Shown in pieces: positions 15,101 to 28,777 of a DNA stretch of 64,000 nucleotides. The stretch is from Octopus sinensis. Lineage: Eukaryota. Positions within the stretch are counted from its first letter, which is position 1; every line of letters begins with the position of its first letter. Position numbers and translations under genes: made by a program. The notes under the pieces are model-generated. The model saw only the letters and a program-made list of their open reading frames with translations. It was not told the DNA's origin and ran no database searches. Where the stretch lies: the NCBI RefSeq assembly GCF_006345805.1, contig NC_043005.1, forward strand, positions 21,762,001 through 21,826,000. The letters are read 5' to 3'.

Positions 15101-15604
15101 CAGGCTTCACAGACCCTAGTTGAACCGTCCAACCCATGCTAACATGGAAAACGGACGCTAAATGATGATGATGATGATGATGATGATGATATATATACAT
15201 ATACTATATATATATATCATATATCAATATCTATAAATCTGAAATGCGAAAAGTTTGTTTGTCTGATTTTGGCATTGGAACGGGTTAAAGGTCACTAGAT
15301 ACCGTTAGATTCGCTCCAAAATTGACAGGGACATATCTTAAAAGGTGTCGTTACTAGGGCAAAAAACGCACACCGCCTTCGCCAGCGCTGTCACTCTTTC
15401 TTCCACTGCCTCCCTCCCCACTTCTCTCTCTCTCTCTACGTCTGTCTGCATTCATAGAGAGTTTTATTATCGCCACCACCAACACACAATCATGAGAACA
15501 AATATTATGAATCAGATATTTATTGGGTTAATCTATATATGTGTGTGTGTGTGTGTTCTATATATAAATATGTATATATAGTGTATATATACAAAGTGTA
15601 TATA

Positions 15605-15643
<39 letters not shown>

Positions 15644-18358
15644 AAGTTGTATACCTTTGTATATATAATGCATACCCACACACATATATATACAATGTGA
15701 TTATATTTACATTTATATATTTAATGCGTATATATATATATATATATACAGAGGCCATCCGGATTCCCGTTTGCGCCGTGAACAGGAATTAATCTTCTCT
15801 CTTCGCTCTTATACGCCATTTGGTCTCAACTCTCCCCCCCTCCTCATCTAACCTCACCCCCCTCCTCACCTATCCTTTCTCCCCCTGACCCCTACTTCTT
15901 CAGTCCTTCATCCTTTCACCCCTACTCCCCTTCCCTTCTTCCCTCTTTCTCCCTCCCTCTTCCCCTTCCCTCTGCTCCCTCACTCCCTCTCTCCCCTTCT
16001 CTCTCCCCCCCTCCCTCTTTCCTCCTTCATCCCCCTCATCCCCTTCCTTCTCCCCCATCCTCTCCTCTCTCCCCCTTCTCCTCCCCCTCTTCTTCCCCTC
16101 CCCTTCTCTCCCCCCTCTTCTCCCCCTCCCCCTCTTCTCCTCACTACACCACATGACTTTACACATCACATCACATATGATGTGCCATACTAATACACAC
16201 ACCAACTAATACATACTAATACGTACTAATACATACTAATACATACTAATACATACACCAACCCCATACATACGCACGTCCAGACCAATCTTACGCACTA
16301 ATACTCTCTCATACACACACACACACACACACCCTTATACATACTAATACATACACCAACCCTATACATACACACATCCAGACCCCTCCCACGCACTTTT
16401 AGCTCGTCCCTCAACCCTTTTATCAACCCTATTATCTCCCCTTATTTCACTCTTGCGTCTCATGTTTGATCTTTGACCTCTGGCCGAAATCAGATCGCCA
16501 TGTTGATTCGTTAGCTACTGCACGCTTTTTTTTTTTTTTTTTTTTCTCTCCTTCTTTCTGTGTTTTTCTCTCTCTGTGTAACTTTCTGTTGAAGAGCGCA
16601 GGCTCGAAACGTTAAAGACTTGTTTTATTTATATTTCCTGAGCGCCATACTAGTACAATTGTTCGTTTGTTTTCCACCTGCCTTCGTCTTTTGTTTATTT
16701 TCATAAAGCTTCCCGTTATATATATATACATATATATATATATATGTATATATATATTATGTGTGCATTATGTGGTCGGTTGAGCTGAAATATGCACACC
16801 TATGTTAAAAGTGCTGGCGAGTTTGCATGGCAACTATTTTTTTCCTCGAATGAAAGGGGTGACCTCTAGGACAAAATTCCTCATCTTTTAAAATGTGGCC
16901 CGATTACACCCGAATGAAATCGGTTTATATTAACCAAACAAGTAAAACAATGAAAAACTATGCCATTTTAATCCCAAGTAAGGTCAGGTATCTCTGTAGG
17001 TCTCCTACATATTTGTGAAAAGGGCAGATGTTGTCTCACAAGAAGTTTTACAAGCAAAAGTGTTAGTAAATATGGTAGGTTCAGTTGAAAATTTGCACAC
17101 CTATGTTAAAAGTCCTGGCGAGTTTGCATGGCAACTTTGAGTTTGCTCAATTGAAAGGTGTGGCCTCTAGGGCAAGAGTCCTCATCTTTAAAGTGTGGCC
17201 CGCATAGACCCTAATGAAATCGAGTTATAATACCGAAACGAATAAAACAATGATAAGCTATTTTAATCCGAACAAGATCGGGTTTCTCTGCTATCTATAT
17301 TTATAAAAGAGGCTTTGCATCAAAATTGTGAGCGCGTTTTGCTACGTCAGAGGTTGGCGGCCACACCAGTGGTCAGATCAAGCTGAAAATTGACACAGGC
17401 TTAGAAGGCATGATGAGGCAGAGAGTTGAGTTGGTTAAAACTCACCATCTGGAAAGATGCAGTTGCTATGGTGAGAAGATTCAAGGGAGCTCTAAGCCCC
17501 TCAAGTTTGGCGCGATTGGCATCTAGCCCTATCTATAAAGTGAAAAAGGCGAACGTAGACAGAAATTGGATTTTTATGTTAAAAGGGGTCTAAATGGGGC
17601 TGGAAGGGGATTCAAATTTACAGGAGGGGGTAACTTGAGGGGGGAAATTGAGTGAGAGACGTTTTGTAGCGCTATAGTAGTTGCTTTGATGTGAAAACTG
17701 GGATTTTATTGATTTTGGGGGACAATTGGCAGTCTAGATTGGACACCTTTTGCCCGATTTCTATCAAATTTTCAACATGGTAAAGTGGAAGCGGATTTGT
17801 AATTTTAACGCAGAAATCTAATTTTTTTATAAATGGCAGAGAGATAGATAGATAAAGAAAGATAAAGAGTAAGAGAAAGTCCGAGAGAAAGGAAGAGTAA
17901 GAGAGTGGGAAATAGAGAAACAAAGAGGGAGAATGTGGCGATAAGAAACAGAAAGTAACAACCACAACCTCACCCGTGCATAGAGCGGGTCACCTTAAGC
18001 TAGTCAATATCTATAAATCTGAAATGAGAAAGTTTGTTTGTTTGTCTTGTTTTGACATTGGAACGGGTAAAGGGCACTAGATCCCGTCGAATTGACTCCA
18101 AAATTTACAGGGACATCTAAAATGAGGTGAGGACGTGAGTGGGCTAAGTTAGAAATCCCTGTCTTAAAAGGTGTGGTTACTAGGGCAAAAAACGCTCACT
18201 TTGACAAGACTTCTCTCATTCTCTTATCTGCCTGTCTTCCTCCGTCTCTCTCTCTCCTTCCTCCCTTCCCATTACTTTCTCTCTATAATGACCTTTGACA
18301 GCGTCTACTATCTTTCCCCCGCCGCCTTCGACAACGCTGTCACTCTTTTCTCCACCGA

Positions 18359-18417
<59 letters not shown>

Positions 18418-21400
18418 ACGTCTGTCTGCATTCATAGAGAGTTTTATTATCGCCACCACCAACACACAATCATGAGAACAAATATTGTGATTCAGATATT
18501 TATTGGGTTAATCTATATATGCGTGTGTGTGTGTGTCTGTATCTATATATAAATATGTATATATAATGTATATATACAGTGTATATATTTGTATTTATAT
18601 ATATATATATCTAATTTGTATACATTTGTATATATAATGCGTACACACACACACATATATATATAATGCGAATATATATATTATGTGTGCATTATGTGGT
18701 CGGTTGAGCTGAAAATATGCACACCTATGTTAAAAGTGCTGGCGAGTTTGCATGGCAACTATTTTTTCCCTCAAATGAAAGGCATGACCTCTAGGACAAA
18801 ATTCCTCATCTTTTAAAATGTGACCCGATTACACCCGAATGAAATCGGTTTATATTAACCAAACAAGTAAAACAATGAAAAACTATGCCATTTTAATCCC
18901 AAATAAGGTCAGGTATCTCTGTAGGTCTACTACATATTTGTGAAAAGGGCAGACGTTGTCTCACAAGCAGTTATACAAGCAAAAGTGTTAGTAAATATGG
19001 TAGGGTTCAGTTGAAAATTTGCACACCTATGTTAAAAGTCCTGGCGAGTTTGCATGGCAACTTTGAGTTTGCTCAATTGAAAGGTGTGGCCTCTAGGGCG
19101 AAATTTCTCATCTTTAAAGTGTAGCCCGCATAGACCCTAATGAAATTGAGTTATAATACCAAAACGAATAAAACCATGATAAACTATTTTAATCCCGAGC
19201 AAGATCGGGTTTCTCTGCTATCTATATATATAAAAGAGGCTTTGTGTTAAAATTGTGTGAACATTTTGCTACGTCAGAGGTTGGCGGCCACACCGGGTAG
19301 TCACATCGAGCTGAAAATTGACACAGGCATAGAAGGCATGATGAGGCAGAGAGTTGAGTAGGTTAAAACTCACCATCTGGAAAGATGCGGTTGCTATGGT
19401 GAGAAGATTCAAGGGGGCTCTAAACTCCTCCAGATTGGCTTGATTGGCATCTAATCTTATCTATAAAATGAAGTAAGCGAACGTAGACACAAATTCGATT
19501 TTTATGTAAATGGGGCTGGAAGGGGATTCAAATTTACAGGAGGAGGAAACTTGAGGGGGGGAATTGAGTGGGAGACGTTTTGTAGCGTTACAGTGGTTGC
19601 TTTGGTGTGAAAACTGGGATTTTATTGATTTTGGGGGACACTTAGTGGTCTAGATTGGACACCTTTTGCCCGATTTCAATCAAATTTTCAACATGGTAAA
19701 GTGGAAGCGGATTTGTAATTTTAACGCAGAAATCTAATTTTTTTATAAATGGCAGAGAGATAGATAGATAGAGAAAGATAAAGAGTAAGAGAAAGCGAGG
19801 GAAAGTCCGAAAGAAAGGAAGAGTAAGAGAGTGGGAAAATGAGAAAGGATAGAGAAACAAAGAGGGAGAATGTGGCAATAAGAAATAGAAAGAAAACAAC
19901 AGAATGTAACAACCACAACCTCACCCACTCGTAGAGCGGGTCACCTTAAGCTAGTATATATATATAATGATGATGATGTGTGTTTCTGTGTGTTAGTATG
20001 CAAGTATTGATCCATCAGGGCTCAATTCTTACTCCCTTTTCTCTTTTTTGCTTTACTCATCTGTTTGTATATATGCATTTATATCTGCAGCCAGATTTCT
20101 TCATATTGATCCACTCAAAGTCTTTTATTGCAACATAGACATTTCCTCCCCTTTGTAACTCATTCCCAAACATACATACAAGCACCATTTGTGTCAAATG
20201 TTTTTAACAATTCCAGCTCACCTCACAATTAGCTGTGGGCCTCCTAAAGACATTGTTGGTGCTAAGAAGTTGTACAGAACCAACTCATATAAAGCTGAAG
20301 TGTCTTATATTTGTCCAAATGAAGAACTAATAAAGTCAACATGTGAAAAGGACAGTAAATGGACTCCAGTCCCATCTACTTGTAAAGGTAACATAAATAG
20401 TTTCCTACTTGTTGTCTCAGTTAATGTAATTTTGTTTTATCTTTATGTTAATGTCATTGTCAGAGAAAGAAAGGCTAATTCCATGACAATTTCCATGATG
20501 CTTGTGGTTGGTGGGAAGGAGAAAGAACATTATCCTCTAACCAGAGACATCTCCAAATGCTTGCAACAGAGTACACTTCATTAATACTACACAACGGACA
20601 GGGATGCTATTAAATTGGGCAATGGATTGTCTGCCAGGCAAGAGCTGGAAGTGTAGAAACTTGTCTCCTGTAGGCTTACTAATAGTTTTCATCCACAAGG
20701 ATTAATTGTAAAAGGAGATTTTCAACTCAGACAAAATTCTACCCAATGCCACATTGTTGTTGAATTTGTTACCTCTACAATTATACTATATCTCATCTGA
20801 TAGTTTTTCTCTTAATTTGTAATGTCTTGGTAGTTTTTCTCTTAATTTGTAACTTCTTGATAGATTTTCTCTTAATTTCTAGCTTAATTCTTTCTCATTT
20901 GTATTTTGAATCATCATCCAAAACTCAGTACAATATAATGCCCTGAGTATTAAAAGTTAGCAGTCTTCTGAAACTTTTGATGTTCTTGCTTTCTTCCAAT
21001 CCACTGATGCAGTATCAGGCACTGACTCACATGGCTTCTGATCTTAACTGATTGGCAGTGTTATATATATATGTTTTGTCTTGGTATAAAAGGTGGGCTA
21101 CAATAAATTTGCTGCTCAATACCACAGATGTGCTTATCAGTTACTAGACCTTGACCAGTTGAGCATGTCCCTTAGTGGTTAACAATATTTGCATCTCTGA
21201 TCATAAGTATTGGGGAAGCATCATAGCCATGTATTGAGAGTAATCCCTTGAGGCTTAAATAATTCACCTCTGGAAACATGGGTGTTTCATTCAACATCTT
21301 TAAACACTTTAAACAACCCTTATTCAGGATCCTTTTGCACAGGATAGGCTACTCAACCTGAAGAAAATTCTAACTGGGTTCCACCTGCAAGGTCATGCAC

Positions 21401-24400
21401 TGTTTATCTTGATATGAGGTCACAAGTCGTGCACAGTTGGTTGTGATGCCTGTGCCTGGTGTATCCTTATCAGATAGGTAATCATGATAGGTATATTGGG
21501 TTTCATATATTTGTACCCCAGTGCCATTTAGATTGCATACATTGTTCTGACTCTCTAATTGATGCTCAGAGACCAGACATTATTGTAGTGGATAAGAGAG
21601 AAAGTAATCTAAGACCATAGATATTGGCATACTTGGAGATGCATGCATAGGTGACAAAGAGCTGGTAAAGTTGGAAAAATAGAAGTTTAAAAGACGAAAT
21701 TGCAAGAATGTGAGCAATGAAGAGAGTAACTGTCATCTCAGGAGTTGTAGGAACACCCAGAACACTAAACAAACAAGATTGATGTACTTTGCCTCTTATA
21801 CTACTAAAGTTGATAAAACAAACACTATTCATTCATTTCATGTTTCATTCATTTTCATGTATCCTCACAACAGAATCTGTGGCCTTGTGTTTACGTTAGG
21901 AAGCATTATCATTGATGTTGTTCACATAATAATAATAGTACTTGGTATAATCATCAGACTGAAAGAGTTCTTAAGTTAGAAAAATGCAAGATTTTATGGA
22001 ATTTTCCAATTCAAACAGATAAGAAGACAGAAATTAATAAACCTGACAATGATAGGCAAGGGAAAGTAAATTTGCTTACCGATGGATCCACCATGTCCCT
22101 TTGATTTCAGGATTGTAAAGAAAGATGAAAAATTTAAAAAATACAGTCCCTAAAAATTTGAAGTCGTAAGAATTTGCAATATGGAAACAATAAAGATTGT
22201 GCCTGTAATAGTTGGTGCATTAAGGATATAGACAAATAGTTGAAATAGATTGGAACAGAATATCCTGTAGAGCTTCTACAAAAAAGTTTGCCTCATAGGG
22301 ACAGGAAAAATTAACAGAAGAGTTTTGAGCACTTGAAAGTTTATTGAAAGATTGTGAATACCTAACGTTACAGGTAGTACCCACTACCCACATAAATTCT
22401 ACCAAGAATAAGACCAAACCTGAGTCAAGTCAAATAATAATAATAATAATAATAATAATGATGATAATAATAATAATAATAATAATAATGCAACATATAC
22501 CACCTCATCAGCACAAAAGTGCAACAAAGGATACAATAGAAAATTGCTTGAAGCTATCAGATGTCGAAAAATAATAGTGGTGATGACGACATTGGTGATG
22601 AACATTACCATACTTCAGTTTATGAGAGATGAGAGTTTCTGAAGAAACTCTGGCTGTAACAGCAAAAATGAAGCTGGACCTTTAAGGGAAGGCCTCTCGC
22701 TTGACAGTGGTTCAGTTAAGATGCAGACTGGCTACAGCTATTATCCTAATACAGCATCAGCAGATAATAGGGTAAGGTGGAGGAAGTGAACCAGCAAAGA
22801 AAACAGGATGATGATGCAGTGCTACTTAGAAAGAAAACCTAAAAGAAGGAACGATAGAAAACAGATGCTAACACTTTGGTTAGAGAAGGATATGTTTAAA
22901 GAAACTGATCAGAGATTAGTTGATCAAGCTAATGCTATTAGGAGAAGAAATTGTATGACAGAATTGGAGGTGGAAGAGATCACAAAAGAACAAGAAAAGG
23001 AAGACCAAGCAGGAGTAAAGACAAACAACATAAGAGATGCAGCTCAAACCAAAGAACCTAAAGGAAAAAAATAATAATAGAGCTACCAATAAGGAAGGGA
23101 CAACTGGCATCAATGCCTTAAGTGGTGATTTAAGTGAGGAAGATCAGAATATTTTTAGATGAGTTGCAGGAAGTAATGAATAAAGAAGTAAAAAAAAGAT
23201 TGCCAGCATTAAAAGGCACCAACAGAAGGAAGCTGCTAGAAATAACAAGGAAAGTAGGTTCTGCTATCAGTAAGATAGATACTAAAAATGTAAGAAACAC
23301 TAACTTATTGATCTATGTAGGAGGGCTAGTATTTACTAGAAGATTAGATATTACACAAGGAAAATTTTTAAAAGACCAAATGTGAAAAAAGAGATTACAT
23401 TGTAAAGTGAAGACTTTAAGACAAGATCTGAGTAGAATAGAAGCCTGGAAAACAATCAAGTTAGGAAACACAAGATTAAAATCTTCTCCTGAGAAAAGAG
23501 AAAGGATTTGGGACAGTCATAGAAGAGTTGAAACAATGTATCATGGCAGTAGAAGGTAAGCTTTCCAGATGTCAGAAAAGAATAGATCAGTATCAACAGA
23601 ATAGATTATTTGAGACAGACCAGAAGAGATTTTATAATCAAACAAATAGTGGAGAATGGAATACTGAAGATGAGAAACCTAATGCAGAAGCTAGAAATTT
23701 CTGGAGTAAAATTTGGGGTAAGTCAGTCGCTCATAATGGAGATGTCGTATAATTAAAGAAAGTGAGGGAAGAAGTAGTGAGTGAGAAGCAGCCAGATCTA
23801 AGACTAATACATTGAGTAAAGTGTTAGGAAAAATACCAAATTGGAAGGGTTCAAGACCAGATTTAGTTCAAGGGTTCTGGCTACAGAAATTTAGCAGTTT
23901 ACATGGGAGATTGTGGGAACAACTTCAGGATTGCCTGAATGGAGGAATAATACTAGATTGGATGACTAGAGGAAGAACAATACTCCTAATGAAAGATAAA
24001 AGCAAGGGTAATACAGAAGGGGATAGGTAGTCAAAAGCGAAGGCATCTAATTTCTAGATGACCAGACATTATAATCATTGAAAGAGAGAGAGAGAGAGAG
24101 AGTTATAAGTAGCTAGGAGTATTAGAATCTGACAGAATACTCTGTTCATATATTTATACTAATGCCTCAGTTTCTCATCATCTTTTCATTTTCATTTCCA
24201 TTTTCATTTTAATTTCATTTTCTAATTTTTAAATTTGTTCTTTTTCTTTAAGATAGTTTTTTAATGTTTTTTTCTCATTTCATTTTTCATTTTTCAGTTT
24301 CTCAATTTTTCATTTTGTCAGTTCTCCACGGTATTCTCTTCATTTCTCTATTCTACCATCTTTCACCCCTAGCCTTTGGTTTCCCCATCAATAAACCACT

Positions 24401-25001
24401 AAGTATCACCTCCTTCTTCTACTTGCTCATTCTTTCCTCCTAGCTCGGCTTTTCTTCTCTCAGCATGGCACCCTTTCTCACAATCTGACTATGGCATCAC
24501 CCTGTCACATCTCTCTGTACTATATGTTAACTTTGTCCTTCCTGAGCTGATAAAATATTAATATAATACTAGTCATGTTTAGAAGCCAATTTCATTGACC
24601 AATTCTAACCCCAAATATTTGGCCTACTTTCTGTTAGAAACTAATATCATTGATATTGCTATTGTTGCTATTTTTCATTGGCCTAAATTTTATTTTAACT
24701 CTAGATTCTGAAACCCATTTTGTGAAAGTAAAAGATGCAGTTCTGGATGTACCTGGGAAAAGATTGTTGCACAAGAAAAATGTAACAGCAGATGCCTGTG
24801 CAAAACGATGTTTTTCTGATGAAAAGTGTTTATCATTTGAAATAATTAGAGAAGAAGGAAAATGTTACTTATCAAAGAAAACTGCAACTAAATCTAAGAA
24901 AATGAAATCAGACAAAAGCAGAGATTACTACCAACGAATACAATGTAATTATTCTTAGTATTTGTTTGTTGGATTCTATTTTCCTCTTTTTCTGAAATTT
25001 G

Positions 25002-25044
<43 letters not shown>

Positions 25045-27508
25045 CAATAACAATAATACTGATTTATACTCCTTAGAAGAAGCAAAAGTGAGAGAGTATC
25101 AAGAGGATCTGCTCTCAGAAAGTCAAGCAAATGGAAGTCTCCAGGAAAGGATAAAATTCCTAATATCTGGTTGAATGCCTTCCCAGAGGGCTATGAACTG
25201 CTAACAAAACTTTACAATAATGTTTTGCAACAACCTAGTATGTTTCCCTCTTGGTTAGTTAATGGTGTTTCATTCCTACTTCCAAAAAGTGAAGAAACAT
25301 ATGAACCAAAAAACTATCGACCCATAACCTGCTTAACAACAATGTATAAAATACAAACAACTGTCTTAACTGAATATACCTATCGTTTTTTAATAGAAAG
25401 TGGCATATTTTCTAATTGAGCAAAAAGGATGTAAATGTGGGTCCTATGGTTGTAAAGATCAGTTACTCATCAATAAGATGATCTTGAAAGATTGTCACAA
25501 ACAACACAAAAACTTGTTGATTGCTTAGGTAGGCTATAAAAAAGCTTTTGATAGTCTACCACATTGCTGGATTAAGAAATGTTTGGAAATATGTATAAAA
25601 TAGTACCTACTCTGCAAGATCATGGAGAACCACAATAACTTAGAACAGTGACAATGAATCTCTCAATCTTGGCGATGTAAGACTTTCATGTGGTATTTTC
25701 CTGGGTGACTCCTCTTTTGTCTAGCCTTAATACCTTTCTCGAAATTGCACAATGATATACAATATGGCTATAAAATGTTTGATAAAAATATAAATCATCT
25801 CTTTTACATAAATGATTTAAAACTCTTTGCAAAAAATTACTAACAACTACTTATTAGAAATTGTTAAACAATCCAGTGATGACATCAGGATGCAATTTGG
25901 CCTCGATAAATGTGCAAAAGCTACCTTTATCAAAAGAAAAGTGACAGAAACATCCAATGTTAATCTTGACAAGCAGAATGTCATAAAGGAGGTAGAAACA
26001 GTGGAGAGCTATTTGAAGGTGATGGAATCAGGCATTCAATGATGAGGGGAAGGATCAGAAGAGAAAGTTATCAGAGAGTAAGAGCAATACTCAAGACAGA
26101 GCTGAATGCAAGAAATAGGATTGAAATGATCAATACTTTAGCCATACCAGTCCTGACTAGTCAGTTACTGAAATACATAATCTTGACAGAAAAATACAAA
26201 AATTGTTGACAATACATAGAATGCACCATCCTAAGGCAGATATAGAATGACTTTACCTGTCAAGAAAAGAGGGTGGCCCTGGACTTTTACAACTGTAATT
26301 AACAATGAAGATTGCAACAATTGGCCTAAACACCTACCTGAAAAACTCAGATGACTGGATGTTAAAACTTGTCTCAAAACATGAAAGCAAGAAGTATCAT
26401 ACTCAGTAATAAAATAAGCTAAGAAATATCTAAGTGAATTCCAAATACAACAAATCCCAGAATTAGATGTACTGGAAACAAGCACATAAAAAGCTAAGCG
26501 TATGAAAACCCATGCTAAAATTGCTACTATAGATATATTTCTGATAAACGACAAGAAAATCCTTTCAATGGCAAATAACCAAATGGAGCTAATAATGCCG
26601 ATGTTGACAAAGCCCTTACTCATCTATGGTTAGTGTCTTCTGGTTTAAGATCAGAAACAGAAGGGTTTATCATAGCAGCCCAAGATCAATGCCTACCTAC
26701 AAGGAGCTACCAGACCAACATATTAAAGAATGGCAGTAGCCCAACATGTTGTGTATGTAACCAACAAAATGAAACCATTGATCATATTGTCTCTATGTGC
26801 AGTCTTCTTGCACCTACAGAGTATTTTAACTGATATGGTAGAGCAGCACAATATATTCACTGGGTAATTTGCAAAAATCTGGACCTGCCCCATGATAAAA
26901 ACTGGTGCTTGAAAATGATCACATCTCACTCCTCTAGAACTTCACCATTCAAACTGACAGAAAGATAGATGTAAGTAGGCCAGACATTATAATGAAAGAC
27001 TTCAAACAAAAATCATGCCTCCTCATCGATATGACTGTCCTAATCAACATAAATGTATCTTTCAAGACCTACCAAAAACTGAGCAAGTATAAAGATCTTG
27101 AAATAGAAATTGGCAGAATGTGGAACCTCAAGACTAAAACAATACCTGTTGTCATAGGTGCCCTAGAAATGATATCAAAAGGGGCTGATTGCTACCTAGG
27201 TCAGATACTAGATAACCCCAGAATGGCAGAAATTCAAATGACTGTACTCATGGGAACTGCCCATATCCTACATAACATATTGTCTAAGTAATCTCAAAAT
27301 TTAAAACAAACATAATTTTTATGTTTTCTTAAACATTCTCCCGAACAATACTATGTGCAAAGCCAAATATATGACACCCTAGGCATAATACCAACTTGAA
27401 CTTCTAACTTGTTGTCTCTTGAGGTCTCTGGATGAGACTTGGAGTCAACTTGTACAAGTACAAAGCAAAAGTCAAACGTATAATAATAATAATATCATTA
27501 TTATTATA

Positions 27509-27575
<67 letters not shown>

Positions 27576-28715
27576 GTTAAGCAGTGAACTGGCAGAGTTG
27601 TTAGCACACAGGAGAAAATTTTTAGTGGCATTTTGTGTCTTTATATTTTGAGTTCAAATTCTGCTGAGGTCAACTTGACCTTACATCCTTTGGGTGTCAT
27701 TGAAGTAAGTACCAGTTGAGCACCAGGGTTGATGTAATGAACAATACCTCTTCATCAAAAGTTCTTGTTTTGTACCTATAGTAGAAAGGATTGTTACTAC
27801 TACCAGCAATTGACAATTTGAATAAAATATATTAAAAACCATCTGGTGCATTGTTTTATAAATGGAAAATATATTGTAAAAAATCAATCCATTCAGAAAA
27901 TTATTTTTTAGTGTAATACACGCCCGTAAAAATAAATGTGAATCCTTAGAATAGAGTAAATAAATGTGAAGTACATAATGTCATAAACAAAAACTCACCA
28001 GAATATTTCAGTTATAGACAATCCTTTTGTACATCCCTCTCCTGACAGTCTTCTTTTGTTTTAGATTGAATGGCCATAACAACACTTGACATGCTTGAGA
28101 GATTATCAGCCCTACAAAATCACACCATTAGAGAAGACATGTTCAAACAAATATATAGCCTGCAGCCTGAGCACTGAGACAAGGTTCCACATAAGTCTGA
28201 AGATGGTCCACAGCTCACATACATTCTGATTAGGTTGCCATTTTGTGGATTAGTCATTTGTTTATAATAAATTGTCCAATTACAAAGTTATGCACCATAT
28301 TCTTTACAAATGTGTGTATGTGATTGGGTGAGTGGATGAGTATAAAATATACTTCTTACTTTTTTCTTCTTTTCTAGCTGATGACCAGCCTGTTGCATTG
28401 AGAAACGTTAGCTTTCCAAAGCAGGTTACTTTGAAACAGCTTAAGGATAAAATCTTAAAGGAGTGTAAGAAATCCTGCCATCAATATCCAGGATGTAATT
28501 CTTTTCAGTACAATAAGAAAGACAAGTTATGTGATCTGAGTAATGCGACTCATTTGACTAATGAACTTAAACCCAATGATGGAAGTTGGGATGTATTCAT
28601 TATTAATCCAGGTCAGTAGAGTCCTTCCCCAGAAACAGCTCTCAAGTTAAGAAATTATACATTCTCATCCTAGTATTCTGTATTTTTAATACTCCATCTA
28701 AATTTCTCTCTCTCT

Positions 28716-28777
<62 letters not shown>

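Noticed and set aside
14448-15200. ORFs of 60-138 aa and a possible CRISPR-like array
   Set aside because: Arise from the GC-rich tandem repeat in the LINE 3' UTR; no unique spacers, and the context is eukaryotic.
15900-16205. G/E/R-rich 101 aa ORF
   Set aside because: Translation of a purine-only low-complexity strand.
17672-19928. Paired similar ORFs ([20 protein letters not shown]) as a duplicated gene
   Set aside because: Antisense readings of AG-rich sequence in the two Helitron copies.
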